Positions 8,284-16,587 of a stretch of DNA of 40,379 nt are shown here, one piece after another. The notes beneath the pieces were generated by a model that was not told where the DNA came from, did no database searches, and saw nothing but the letters and a program-made list of their open reading frames with translations. A program made the position numbers and the translations under genes. This DNA comes from Flavobacteriales bacterium (GTDB taxonomy: Bacteria > Bacteroidota > Bacteroidia > M30B66): assembly GCA_035388945.1 (NCBI GenBank), contig DAOOQW010000003.1, positions 1 to 40,379 on the forward strand, in the 5' to 3' direction. Numbering within the stretch: the first letter of the stretch is position 1; every line of letters starts with the position of its first letter.

Positions 8284-9263
8284 TAGTGCTGAACTACAAA
8301 AGTACGTGTATCAGCTACGCCATCAGCATGTAAATGAATGAGATAAAGCCCGCTAGCTAATTCTGAAACATTAACATGTTCCGTAACAGAATTACTTGAA
8401 CCATTCTTCACCAACATTCCAGAAGATGAATAAATACTGTAATCAATTCGTTCCGGATTTACTTGACGAATACTCAATATTTCAGCAACCGGATTAGGGA
8501 AAACGGAAAGCGTCGATTTTGCTATTGTGTTGATGGAGTTAGGTACAACATTCACTTTAAAATCATCTAAACAGAAATATTTGGGTGTATTGATTCCAAA
8601 TTCTCCAACATCGCTCGATTCAAATGAAAACACAATCGAATCGACTACACCCATGGCTGTTAAATCTACACGTAACCACTCTCGCTGAATATAATCCAAG
8701 CTATTATCTTCAAATGTGAAATCTGCTAGATGAACAACTACATCTGTTCCTGTAGCTTCGCCATTACGAATTCCAGTAAAAGTGACTTTGAAAAAATCTG
8801 GATCATTCCCAGAAACACCACCAAACTTCTTAGAAAACCCATCACCATCGCGCATGTTATTGAAAGCAAATGTGTTATTGGTAATATAGAGTTCGATGGG
8901 TTCGAATGCATAGAGTCCGTTTGCATTTCCAGGCACGAATCTGCCATCATCGTATGCAATTGCATAATTAGCTGAACCATCATTGCCTGATGCAGCTTTA
9001 CACGAATACATATTCAAGTACCCTGATGTAACCGAATCGGTCATATTACTATAGGCAAATCCATCCAACCAATATCCACCAAATGCTGTATCCCAGCGAG
9101 TTGGAAAGAAAGCATTATGACTTGTAAATCCGGTTGATACACCATCGGTTCCAACCCACCAAGAATCGGGACTTAGTGTTAAATCTTCAAAATCGACGGT
9201 AGTTTGTGTAAAACCTATCATGTTTGAAATAAAGATGAGAGTCGTAAGAAATATAATTTTCAT
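8283..9263 (-). CDS. DUF4465-like (BtuH-like) protein with a type-A T9SS C-terminal sorting domain
   Basis: Signal peptide MKIIFLTTLIFISNMIGFT|Q. The N-terminal region FEDLTLSPDSWW...GGYWLDGFAYSNMTD...GSANYAIAY matches my recollection of DUF4465. The C-terminus looks like a T9SS CTD (LSVFPNPVAEILSI...ASGLYLIHLHADG...TFVVQH). I chose the ATG at 9263 (ATGA overlap with the receptor stop) over the ORF-track start at 9332. Confidence 0.72.
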   Translation of the reverse strand: MKIIFLTTLIFISNMIGFTQTTVDFEDLTLSPDSWWVGTDGVSTGFTSHNAFFPTRWDTAFGGYWLDGFAYSNMTDSVTSGYLNMYSCKAASGNDGSANYAIAYDDGRFVPGNANGLYAFEPIELYITNNTFAFNNMRDGDGFSKKFGGVSGNDPDFFKVTFTGIRNGEATGTDVVVHLADFTFEDNSLDYIQREWLRVDLTAMGVVDSIVFSFESSDVGEFGINTPKYFCLDDFKVNVVPNSINTIAKSTLSVFPNPVAEILSIRQVNPERIDYSIYSSSGMLVKNGSSNSVTEHVNVSELASGLYLIHLHADGVADTRTFVVQH

Positions 9264-11176
9264 TTTGTTGGATTGGGTTGAAAAGTGAAAGAGATGCCGG
9301 TTTGAAACGATAACAGAGGCATTGGGCGCCAAGCAATAACTTGATATGATTTTTGTAGTAGATTAAATGCATTTAAAAAGAAAGAAAAATGGTGCTCTTT
9401 CAGTTCGAGCTGCTTCGATACAAATGCATTTAATAAGAAAAAACCGGGTAGTGATTTTTCATTATCACTGGTGATAAAGCGTTCTCCGGTATAGGTTGAA
9501 CTTAATTCGAATTGAAAGCCTTTCCACCGATAAGACATTCGTGCATTACAAGTAAAATGCGGAACATAAACTAATTGCTTACCCGATTCTACTATACTTC
9601 CTATATCTGATTTTTCGGCTGTTACCCAAACATATTGGGCATTACTGAAAAAATGAAGCGATTGTTTTTTCTTAAAGTGGCGATGGATTTCTATCCCAGC
9701 ATCTAGTCCTCTGCTATGAACTTGTGGCACATTTTCCGGTGTCCAAAATGAGTTAGACGGTAACCAAACAATCCAATTCTTCACCTGATTACTAAACACG
9801 GAAGCCTTACCAAGTAATACAAATGGGAGTTTCTCTACATAATAGTTTAGTCCAAATTCAGATGCTATTCCACTTTCTGGTCTTAAAGATAAATTCCCTC
9901 CAGGTTGCCAATACAAATCATTCAACGTTGGCACTCGAAAACTACGAGCAACTTGGCCGCGAATAGTAAGCGTTTTAAATAGTGGATATGATGCAGATAT
10001 AGATGGAATAAATGGCACAAATTGTCGATTGAACCACTCCTGCCGGCCTTGTATTAAGGTGACTAATTTCCCTTTAAATAGCTCCGATCGAAAAGAAGTA
10101 AAACCGGCTCTTCGTTCTTGATGAACAGCTGAGCTTCCATAACCTTGTGCATGAGCACTTGAATAGCTGAAATTTCCTCCTAGCTGAAATCGGGAATGGA
10201 TTGATGGGAAATTCTTTCCAAATTCAGTCTCGGCTAAATAAGTTTTAGCATGATTGGCGGCATGAAGACTTAATAGCGAATCGTTGAATAAGATTCCCTC
10301 CTGAAGATATCCCGTTTTTAGTTGGATGTCGAATTTACTGCTCACTCTTTTCCACGACAACATTCCACGCCAAGTTTCATCTTGTTGTGAAGCAGCTGCA
10401 ATAGGAATCGTTTCTATTGGAGGAATTTGTCGGATTGAAGTCTGCCCCCAAACTGAAAGTTGCAATTGACTGTATTTACCTGTTACCCAATACAAATCTT
10501 GCATCCAGCCTTTCATCCTTTGTGCAGCGTTTAACTGCTTCTGTTTAGGATGACCAAATACTGCATTATTAATAAAGTGAAAATCGTTCTCAACCTGTGA
10601 TTGGAACAATCTTGTACGAAAAGAAATACGACCAAGCGTATAGGCAACATCAACAGCTGTTTGCTTAAATCCAAAACTTCCAATTGATTGCTGAATAAGT
10701 AAATGATTGTTTGAATGCTCAGAGCCGAGATGAATCGTCCCGCCTATTGCACCTGTTCCCCAGGAAGCAGCACCAGCACCCGATTGCAAACTAAAATGGT
10801 CAAACAAAATAGCCGGCACCAGACTTAAATCCATTTGCCCATTCATACTACTTTGTAAGTTCAAACCATTCCAAACTAAGGCTGTATGAGCTGCACCAGT
10901 TCCACGAATGGAAGGAGAAGAGAGTGTTCCAGGACTATATTGACGGATGAAGGAAGCCGAATTTCGACTGAGAAGTTCTGCTAAGGATTGTATGTTCTTT
11001 CCCGCTTGTTGAGTGGAAAAAACACTTTGCTGTAAACCAGGATTTGAACTTGGGATACGGTTGTCTTGAACTTGAAAAGCAGGAAGCTGATGAACAGAAT
11101 CTTTCGCAGCAGTTTGTCCAATCGACCTAAGGCCAATGAGCAAAAAAAAGATGCATGTGAAAATTCTATTTTTCAT
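9260..11176 (-). CDS. TonB-dependent outer-membrane receptor, BtuB-sized (638 aa)
   Basis: Signal peptide MKNRIFTCIFFLLIGLRSIG|Q. Plug-domain motifs are present (SPSIRGTGAAHTALVWNGLNLQS). The remainder is a long alternating beta-strand region. A cobalamin riboswitch lies directly upstream. Confidence 0.9.
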   Translation of the reverse strand: MKNRIFTCIFFLLIGLRSIGQTAAKDSVHQLPAFQVQDNRIPSSNPGLQQSVFSTQQAGKNIQSLAELLSRNSASFIRQYSPGTLSSPSIRGTGAAHTALVWNGLNLQSSMNGQMDLSLVPAILFDHFSLQSGAGAASWGTGAIGGTIHLGSEHSNNHLLIQQSIGSFGFKQTAVDVAYTLGRISFRTRLFQSQVENDFHFINNAVFGHPKQKQLNAAQRMKGWMQDLYWVTGKYSQLQLSVWGQTSIRQIPPIETIPIAAASQQDETWRGMLSWKRVSSKFDIQLKTGYLQEGILFNDSLLSLHAANHAKTYLAETEFGKNFPSIHSRFQLGGNFSYSSAHAQGYGSSAVHQERRAGFTSFRSELFKGKLVTLIQGRQEWFNRQFVPFIPSISASYPLFKTLTIRGQVARSFRVPTLNDLYWQPGGNLSLRPESGIASEFGLNYYVEKLPFVLLGKASVFSNQVKNWIVWLPSNSFWTPENVPQVHSRGLDAGIEIHRHFKKKQSLHFFSNAQYVWVTAEKSDIGSIVESGKQLVYVPHFTCNARMSYRWKGFQFELSSTYTGERFITSDNEKSLPGFFLLNAFVSKQLELKEHHFSFFLNAFNLLQKSYQVIAWRPMPLLSFQTGISFTFQPNPTK

Positions 11177-11197
11177 CGTTCTTGTTTATCCGCAGGG

Positions 11198-11232
11198 GAA
11201 AAACAAAACAGGAATGGACGAACAGAATTCCT
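11198..11232 (-). terminator. Possible riboswitch expression-platform terminator
   Basis: Minus strand reads AGGAAT-tctgttcgtcc-ATTCCT followed by GTTTTGTTTTT. It sits between the aptamer and the receptor ATG (11176). The stem is short at 6 bp, so this is tentative. Confidence 0.4.
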
Positions 11233-11289
11233 CCATTGGCTGAAAAAGCCCTCCTGTTCATTGCCTTTCTTCCCGAAAGCACGGAACAT

Positions 11290-11445
11290 ATTGGATTCTG
11301 GCAGGTCTTCTGACTTACCTCACATTCAGCGCCTTCCCATAATAACAGTGGCATTGAGCTGAATGCTTTTGATGAGGATTACAGCAGCGGGTACTGTTCC
11401 TGAGTTTCACAGGATTCCCTTTTAATCATACCAAAGGCATGAACC
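11290..11445 (-). promoter_or_regulatory. Cobalamin (B12) riboswitch aptamer
   Basis: Minus-strand RNA reads AAAAGGGAAUCCUGUGAAACUCAGGAACAGUACCCGCUGCUGUAAUCC...CAAUGCCACUGUUAUUAUGGGAAGGCGCUGAAUGUGAGGUAAGUCAGAAGACCUGCCAGAAUCC. It contains the conserved GGGAA, GUGAAA and CCCGC..CUGUAA blocks, the B12 box GCCACUG (11352-11346), GGGAAGGC and AGUCAGnAnACCUGCC, in the canonical order. Confidence 0.88.
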
Positions 11446-11455
11446 AAAAAGCGGT

Positions 11456-11463
11456 CAAAGTTA
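11456..11463 (-). promoter_or_regulatory. Candidate -7 promoter box TAACTTTG driving the riboswitch operon
   Basis: Exact TAnnTTTG on the minus strand, about 10-15 nt upstream of the first conserved aptamer nucleotides. Confidence 0.5.
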
Positions 11464-11587
11464 AGTCGTATATCTGATTTTTAGAATTAAAAAATTGATG
11501 GATAAAAATTCATCCTTAAATCCTTTACCGTTAATGTAATTGAGTCCGGAAATCTTTGTATAAACTTGCAACTTGAAAAACACACTT

Positions 11588-14422
11588 ATGTTAAAACGCA
11601 TTTCGTTCCTTTCAGGAGCCCTATCACTCATGCTTCTTCTTCCTGCTACTGCCCAAAAACTGGTAGAAAAGGTGGAGAAAAAAGGAGATGAGATTGTCAT
11701 CCCTTATGAAAAATACAAACTCGATAATGGGATGACCATCATTATCCACGTGGATAAAAGTGATCCGATTGTCCACACTGATGTAACATATCATGTTGGT
11801 TCGGCACGTGAACAAATTGGTCGTTCCGGATTTGCGCATTTCTTTGAACACATGATGTTTCAAGGTTCCGATAACGTGGCTGATGAAGAGCATTTTGCTA
11901 TCGTAACAGAAGCTGGTGGAACAATGAATGGTACGACTAATCTAGATCGCACTAATTATTTTGAAACCTTACCAAGCAACCAACTTGAAACCTCACTTTG
12001 GTTAGAAGCTGATCGTATGGGATTCTTGTTAGATGCTGTAACGCAGCAAAAATTTGAAATCCAACGTGCGACTGTAAAAAACGAACGTGGACAGAATTAC
12101 GATAACCGTCCTTATGGATTGGTTGGAGAACGCACAAACGAAGCGTTATATCCTTATGGTCATCCATACTCTTGGCCAACAATTGGTTATTTGAAAGATC
12201 TTGACCGAGTTACGGTTGATGATTTAAAACGATTCTTTTTACGTTGGTATGGTCCGAACAACGCGGTTTTAACTGTTGCAGGGAATGTAGATCCAGCAGA
12301 AGTTGTTCGTTTGGCTCAAAAATACTTTGGTAGCATTCCACGCGGACCAGAAGTAAAACCAATGGATAAAATGCCGGTAACGTTAGATAAAGACCGTTAC
12401 ATTTCAATGGAAGACAACATTCGTTTTCCGATGATTCAAATGACTTGGCCAGCAGTTTCTTCTGGAAGTGATGATGAGCTTCCTTTGGATTTATTGGCAG
12501 AATTGATTGGAGGAGATAAAACATCAATTCTTTATCAGAATCTAATCAAAACAAATTTAGCTGTTCAGGCTCGTGCATATAATCCAGCAGCTGAATTAGC
12601 CGGAACGTTTGTCGTGAACGTATTGCCTTTCCCAGGTAAAACACTAGCCGATATGGAGAAAATTATTCGCGATGCATTTGTTGAATTTGAAAAACGTGGA
12701 GTAAAAGATGAGGATCTAATTCGAATCAAAAATTCTCGTGAAGCTCAAATGATTCAAAGTTTAGAAAGTGTTAGTGGTAAAGCTTCCAAATTAGCTTATA
12801 ACGAAACATTTAAAGGAAATCCGAATTACATCAAAAAGGAAATTGATCAACTTCAAAAACTTACAAAAGAAGATGTAATCCGCGTTTACGAGAAATACAT
12901 CAAAGGCAAACCAGCAGTTATTACTAGCGTTGTACCTAAAGGTCAAAAAGAACTAATTGCTCACGAAGATAACTTCACACCTAAACGTGCAACAGAAGCA
13001 GAAAGCGCAGAAGGTAGCGAATACAAAAACTTGAGTTATGTAAAAGCAAAAGATGTTTTCGATCGTAGCAAACACCCAGCACCGGGAGCTAATCCAGTAA
13101 TTCGCCTTCCAGAATTCTGGAAAGAAACAAGTGCTAATGGACTACAGATTATCGGAACACAGGACAACGATTTACCTATCGTTTCTATGTTAATTTCATT
13201 CCCTGCAGGTCACGCAGCTGAAAATCCAGCAAAAGCAGGTTTGTCGAACCTTTTGACAGATGTGATGAGTGAATCAACGCTCAAATATTCTTCTGAAGAA
13301 ATTACTTCTGAACTTGAAAAATTAGGTTCCGAAATCAGCATTTCATCCGATCGCGAATATGTGTATGTAAACGTCTTTTCTCTGAAGAAAAACCTTGCTC
13401 GTACGATTGAATTATTGGAAGAAAAACTTTTTCATCCAAAATTTGATGAAGAGGAATTCAACACTGCAAAAGCACAGGAAATTGCTGCAATTGATAACAA
13501 TGCAACACGTGCAGCTACCATCGCGGATAATGTTTACTCTAAGCTATTATATGGTGACCATATTTTTGGAATTCCAGTTATTGGTACAAAAGCTAGCTTG
13601 GAAGGAATCACATTGCAGGATGTGAAAGATTTTTATGCAGCTCAAATCATTCCAGCTAAAGCTAAATTGGTAGCAGTTGGACAAATCACTAGCAAAGAAT
13701 TGAATACTGCTGTTCCATTTTTGTTGAATTGGAAAGCATCAGCATCGCCTGTTGAAATTAAACAACCAGCAACGCCTGCAATTGCAGCTACTACTATTTA
13801 TTTCGTAAATAAAGACAAAGCACCACAATCAGAAATCCGTATCGGTTATATGGCTTTACCTTATGATGCAGATGGCGAATACTATCGTGCTGGTGTGATG
13901 AATTACACGTTGGGTGGCAACTTTAATAGTCGAATTAACTTGATGTTACGTGAGAAAAAGGGATATACCTATGGTGCTCGTACAGGATTTAGCGGAACAC
14001 TTTACCGTGGTTCATTCACCGCATCTGCCGGAGTAAAAGCTGAAAAAACAGATAGTTCATTGATGGATTTCTTCTCCGAAATGAATGCATTCCGTGCTTC
14101 TGGTATTACTCCTGAAGAGTTGAATTTCACTAAGAATTCTCTTGGTCAACGTGATGCTTTGAAATACGAAACTCCTTTCCAAAAGGCATTATTCCTTCAA
14201 AATTTGTTAGTGTATAACCTAGACAAAAACTACATCGATAAACAAAGTGCCATTTTAGGTAGTTTGACTAAAAATGACATCGATGGATTGGCGAAACGCT
14301 ATTTACCTACTGATAAAATGATTGTTGTAGTTGTTGGTGATAAAGCCAGTAACTGGGATAAAATTAAAGCCTTAGGATATCCAGTTGTAGAATTGGATAC
14401 AGAAGGAAATATCGTCAAGTAA
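11588..14422 (+). CDS. Secreted M16 (pitrilysin/insulinase) family zinc peptidase, double-unit
   Basis: Inverted zinc motif HFFEHMMFQG (HxxEH). Signal peptide MLKRISFLSGALSLMLLLPATA|Q. The length of about 945 aa is consistent with two M16 halves. I prefer the ATG at 11588 over the TTG at 11573. Confidence 0.92.
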   Translation: MLKRISFLSGALSLMLLLPATAQKLVEKVEKKGDEIVIPYEKYKLDNGMTIIIHVDKSDPIVHTDVTYHVGSAREQIGRSGFAHFFEHMMFQGSDNVADEEHFAIVTEAGGTMNGTTNLDRTNYFETLPSNQLETSLWLEADRMGFLLDAVTQQKFEIQRATVKNERGQNYDNRPYGLVGERTNEALYPYGHPYSWPTIGYLKDLDRVTVDDLKRFFLRWYGPNNAVLTVAGNVDPAEVVRLAQKYFGSIPRGPEVKPMDKMPVTLDKDRYISMEDNIRFPMIQMTWPAVSSGSDDELPLDLLAELIGGDKTSILYQNLIKTNLAVQARAYNPAAELAGTFVVNVLPFPGKTLADMEKIIRDAFVEFEKRGVKDEDLIRIKNSREAQMIQSLESVSGKASKLAYNETFKGNPNYIKKEIDQLQKLTKEDVIRVYEKYIKGKPAVITSVVPKGQKELIAHEDNFTPKRATEAESAEGSEYKNLSYVKAKDVFDRSKHPAPGANPVIRLPEFWKETSANGLQIIGTQDNDLPIVSMLISFPAGHAAENPAKAGLSNLLTDVMSESTLKYSSEEITSELEKLGSEISISSDREYVYVNVFSLKKNLARTIELLEEKLFHPKFDEEEFNTAKAQEIAAIDNNATRAATIADNVYSKLLYGDHIFGIPVIGTKASLEGITLQDVKDFYAAQIIPAKAKLVAVGQITSKELNTAVPFLLNWKASASPVEIKQPATPAIAATTIYFVNKDKAPQSEIRIGYMALPYDADGEYYRAGVMNYTLGGNFNSRINLMLREKKGYTYGARTGFSGTLYRGSFTASAGVKAEKTDSSLMDFFSEMNAFRASGITPEELNFTKNSLGQRDALKYETPFQKALFLQNLLVYNLDKNYIDKQSAILGSLTKNDIDGLAKRYLPTDKMIVVVVGDKASNWDKIKALGYPVVELDTEGNIVK

Positions 14423-14437
14423 GAAGTATTAAATCAT

Positions 14438-14468
14438 AAAAAAGGCAGCCTGAAAGCTGCCTTTTTTT
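14438..14468. terminator. Bidirectional intrinsic terminator between the M16 peptidase gene and murI
   Basis: AAAAAA-GGCAGC-ctgaaa-GCTGCC-TTTTTTT. The GC stem is flanked by an A-run and a T-run, so it reads as hairpin plus U-tract on both strands. It sits between convergent genes. Confidence 0.85.
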
Positions 14469-15273
14469 ATTTCCAGATATCTTGTTCTTCCAGATTTACT
14501 TTTTCCGGAAAGAAGTATGTGGCACTACTTTCAAATGATTCAGTAAAATCCGAAACTAAGAAACGTAGATGCGGATTGTTTTGAGTAGAAAGTAAATCTG
14601 ATTCGGCTAGTAAATTCTTTACAGTTAAAGCCACCATTTCTGCCGAGTCAACTACATCAACAGAGCCTTTATAGAACTCTTCAATTTCTTTACGAATAAG
14701 AGGATAATGGGTGCAACCTAGAATAATTGCTTCAATATTTTGTAGTGATTTCTTTTCTAAGTAGGAATGAATTACTGTTCGAGAAATACGGTTATTGAAA
14801 AACCCTTCTTCGATCATTGGAGCAAGAAGTGGAGTTGCAAGAGAAGTAACTTCTGTATGAGCACTGTACTTCTTTATTTTCCTAGGATAAATACCCGATT
14901 GAATAGTTCCGCGAGTAGCAATAACGCCTACTCGTCCATTAGGATAGCGTTCTGCAACAACTTGAGATGCAGGATCGATCACATTAACTACAATGGCTTT
15001 ATTCCCTACGAATTTTGTGACTGCTTTGAAAGCATGAGCGGATGCTGTATTACAGGCAATTACAATCATTTTACAGCCTTGCGAGAGCAAATATTCTGCG
15101 ATACCTAAACCATAAGATTCGATACGTGCAGGTGATTTATCACCATAAGGGAAATGTGCTGTATCACCAAAATAGATAAGTGATTCGTGAGGAAGCAGTT
15201 GATGAACAGCCGCAGCTACAGTTAATCCTCCAATACCAGAATCGAATATGCCAATTGCTGCGTTCTTATCCAT
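14467..15273 (-). CDS. murI: Glutamate racemase
   Basis: Motifs IGIFDSGIGGLTV, VIACNTASA and ILGCTHYP, containing the two catalytic Cys. I prefer the ATG at 15273 (MDKNAAIGIFDSG) over the longer ORF start at 15294. Confidence 0.95.
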   Translation of the reverse strand: MDKNAAIGIFDSGIGGLTVAAAVHQLLPHESLIYFGDTAHFPYGDKSPARIESYGLGIAEYLLSQGCKMIVIACNTASAHAFKAVTKFVGNKAIVVNVIDPASQVVAERYPNGRVGVIATRGTIQSGIYPRKIKKYSAHTEVTSLATPLLAPMIEEGFFNNRISRTVIHSYLEKKSLQNIEAIILGCTHYPLIRKEIEEFYKGSVDVVDSAEMVALTVKNLLAESDLLSTQNNPHLRFLVSDFTESFESSATYFFPEKVNLEEQDIWK

Positions 15274-15283
15274 ATACAAGAAT

Positions 15284-15310
15284 AAAAAAAGCACCCCGAT
15301 TGGAGTGCTT
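15284..15310 (-). terminator. Intrinsic terminator-like hairpin after the skp genes, immediately upstream of murI
   Basis: Minus strand reads GCACTCC-aatc-GGGGTGC followed by TTTTTTT. It lies 11 nt upstream of the murI ATG. Confidence 0.55.
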
Positions 15311-15332
15311 TAAAGAAGTGTTTTTTTTATTC

Positions 15333-15845
15333 TCAAGGAAGATTGAGTTTTTTCTTCACCATAACAAGAATGTTATCGCTTTCTTCCCAGAACAATAAAG
15401 AACCTGCTGAAGTATCAAAAATGTAGGTATATCCATTTTCCTTAGCAACTGTCTCAATTGCTTTCTTGGCTTTTGAAACAATTGGTTCAATGAGAGCTTG
15501 TTCTTGTTGCTCTAAAGATTGCTGAGCTTGTTGCTGAAAATTTTGAATACGAGTACCTAAACTAGTAAGCTCTTCTTCTTTATCCTTCTTTACTAATTCA
15601 GATAATTTAGGAGCTTCGTTGGTGTATTTTTCTTGTTTAGTACGATACTCGGTCATCATTTCTTGAAGTTGTTTTTCAACGTCTTTCGTGATGGAATCCA
15701 TTTTCGCTGCAGCAGTTTTACGCTCAGGCATAAGACTTAATAATTCGGCCGAATTAATATGTCCAAATTTATTTGATTTCTGCGCCAATGCAGGCGTTCC
15801 GATCAAGGCAGTGGCAAATAATGCCAGGGCGATCAATTGCTTCAT
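15333..15845 (-). CDS. OmpH/Skp-family periplasmic chaperone
   Basis: 170 aa. Signal peptide MKQLIALALFATALIGTPALA|Q. Charged coiled-coil core (KQEKYTNEAPKLSELVKKDKEEEL). The position downstream of bamA is typical for skp. Confidence 0.85.
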   Translation of the reverse strand: MKQLIALALFATALIGTPALAQKSNKFGHINSAELLSLMPERKTAAAKMDSITKDVEKQLQEMMTEYRTKQEKYTNEAPKLSELVKKDKEEELTSLGTRIQNFQQQAQQSLEQQEQALIEPIVSKAKKAIETVAKENGYTYIFDTSAGSLLFWEESDNILVMVKKKLNLP

Positions 15846-15859
15846 TCGTTTTTAATTAG

Positions 15860-16459
15860 TTATTTTTTATTCGTTGGTGGAGTTGGGGAAGAAGGACTAG
15901 ATCCTCCTCCTTTATCGTTACTATCCTGATCATCTCCTTTTTGACCTGGAGTAAACCCTAACGATTCCAAGACTTGGTCGCTGATATCATATTTAGGATT
16001 TGTGAAAAGCATTGTCAAATCACTTGATTTATCAAATACTACAGCGTAATTTTTAGTTGTAGCAATTTCTTTAATCGCGTTATAGATTTTATCTTGAACA
16101 GGCTTAATCAAATCTTGACGTTTTTTAAGAAGATCTCCTCCTTTACCAAAACGTTGCTTTTGTAATTCTTTAGCAGCTTGTTCTTTATCGATAATTTCTT
16201 CTTCACGTTTCTTCTTCATATCGTCAGTCAGAAGAATAGATTCTGCCTGAAAATCTTTGTACATTTTATCAATCTCAGCAAATTTTACTTCAATTTCTTT
16301 TTGCCATTGGATTGATATACGATCTAATTGCTGTTGCGCAGATTTATATTCTGGAAGGTTTTCCAAAATATATTGAGTGTCGACGTAAGCAAATTTTTGT
16401 GCCGAAACGCTTGAAGATACAGCGAAAAATACCAGAAGCGCTAAGATGAGCTTTTTCAT
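15860..16459 (-). CDS. OmpH/Skp-family periplasmic chaperone (second copy, Gly/Ser/Pro-rich tail)
   Basis: Signal peptide MKKLILALLVFFAVSSSVSA|Q from the ATG at 16459. FAYVDTQYILENLPEYK is Skp-like and is followed by a coiled-coil core. The C-terminal tail reads KGDDQDSNDKGGGSSPSSPTPPTNKK. Confidence 0.85.
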   Translation of the reverse strand: MKKLILALLVFFAVSSSVSAQKFAYVDTQYILENLPEYKSAQQQLDRISIQWQKEIEVKFAEIDKMYKDFQAESILLTDDMKKKREEEIIDKEQAAKELQKQRFGKGGDLLKKRQDLIKPVQDKIYNAIKEIATTKNYAVVFDKSSDLTMLFTNPKYDISDQVLESLGFTPGQKGDDQDSNDKGGGSSPSSPTPPTNKK

Positions 16460-16587
16460 AACCGGCTGGATTGAGGGTGCAAAAGTAATCATTTCTATAA
16501 GGTTTGTTGGCCGCAAAACAACAATCGTGCTAAGCAGCAATTTCGAAGTCCTTCATTTGGATTAATTCTGACGCAATAGAACATTCT

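Noticed and set aside
9264-9332. N-terminal extensions in the ORF track, here and at 4088-4114, 11573-11587, 15274-15294, 16460-16540, 19120-19221, 19881-19907, 26597-26617, 32159-32167 and 33125-33172
   Set aside because: The extensions start at non-ATG codons or precede a canonical signal peptide or conserved N-terminus. Internal ATG starts give proper signal peptides or tight ATGA coupling with the upstream gene.
11066-11362. ORFs of 98 aa (+) and 62 aa (-) between the receptor gene and the M16 peptidase gene
   Set aside because: They lie on top of the cobalamin riboswitch and its expression platform. They have no protein-like motifs, and the conserved RNA sequence blocks explain the region.
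14767-15108. 113-aa plus-strand ORF inside murI, with similar antisense ORFs at 1862-2227, 3173-3499, 12210-12527 and 26847-27212
   Set aside because: Each is antisense to a confidently identified gene and has no recognisable motif.
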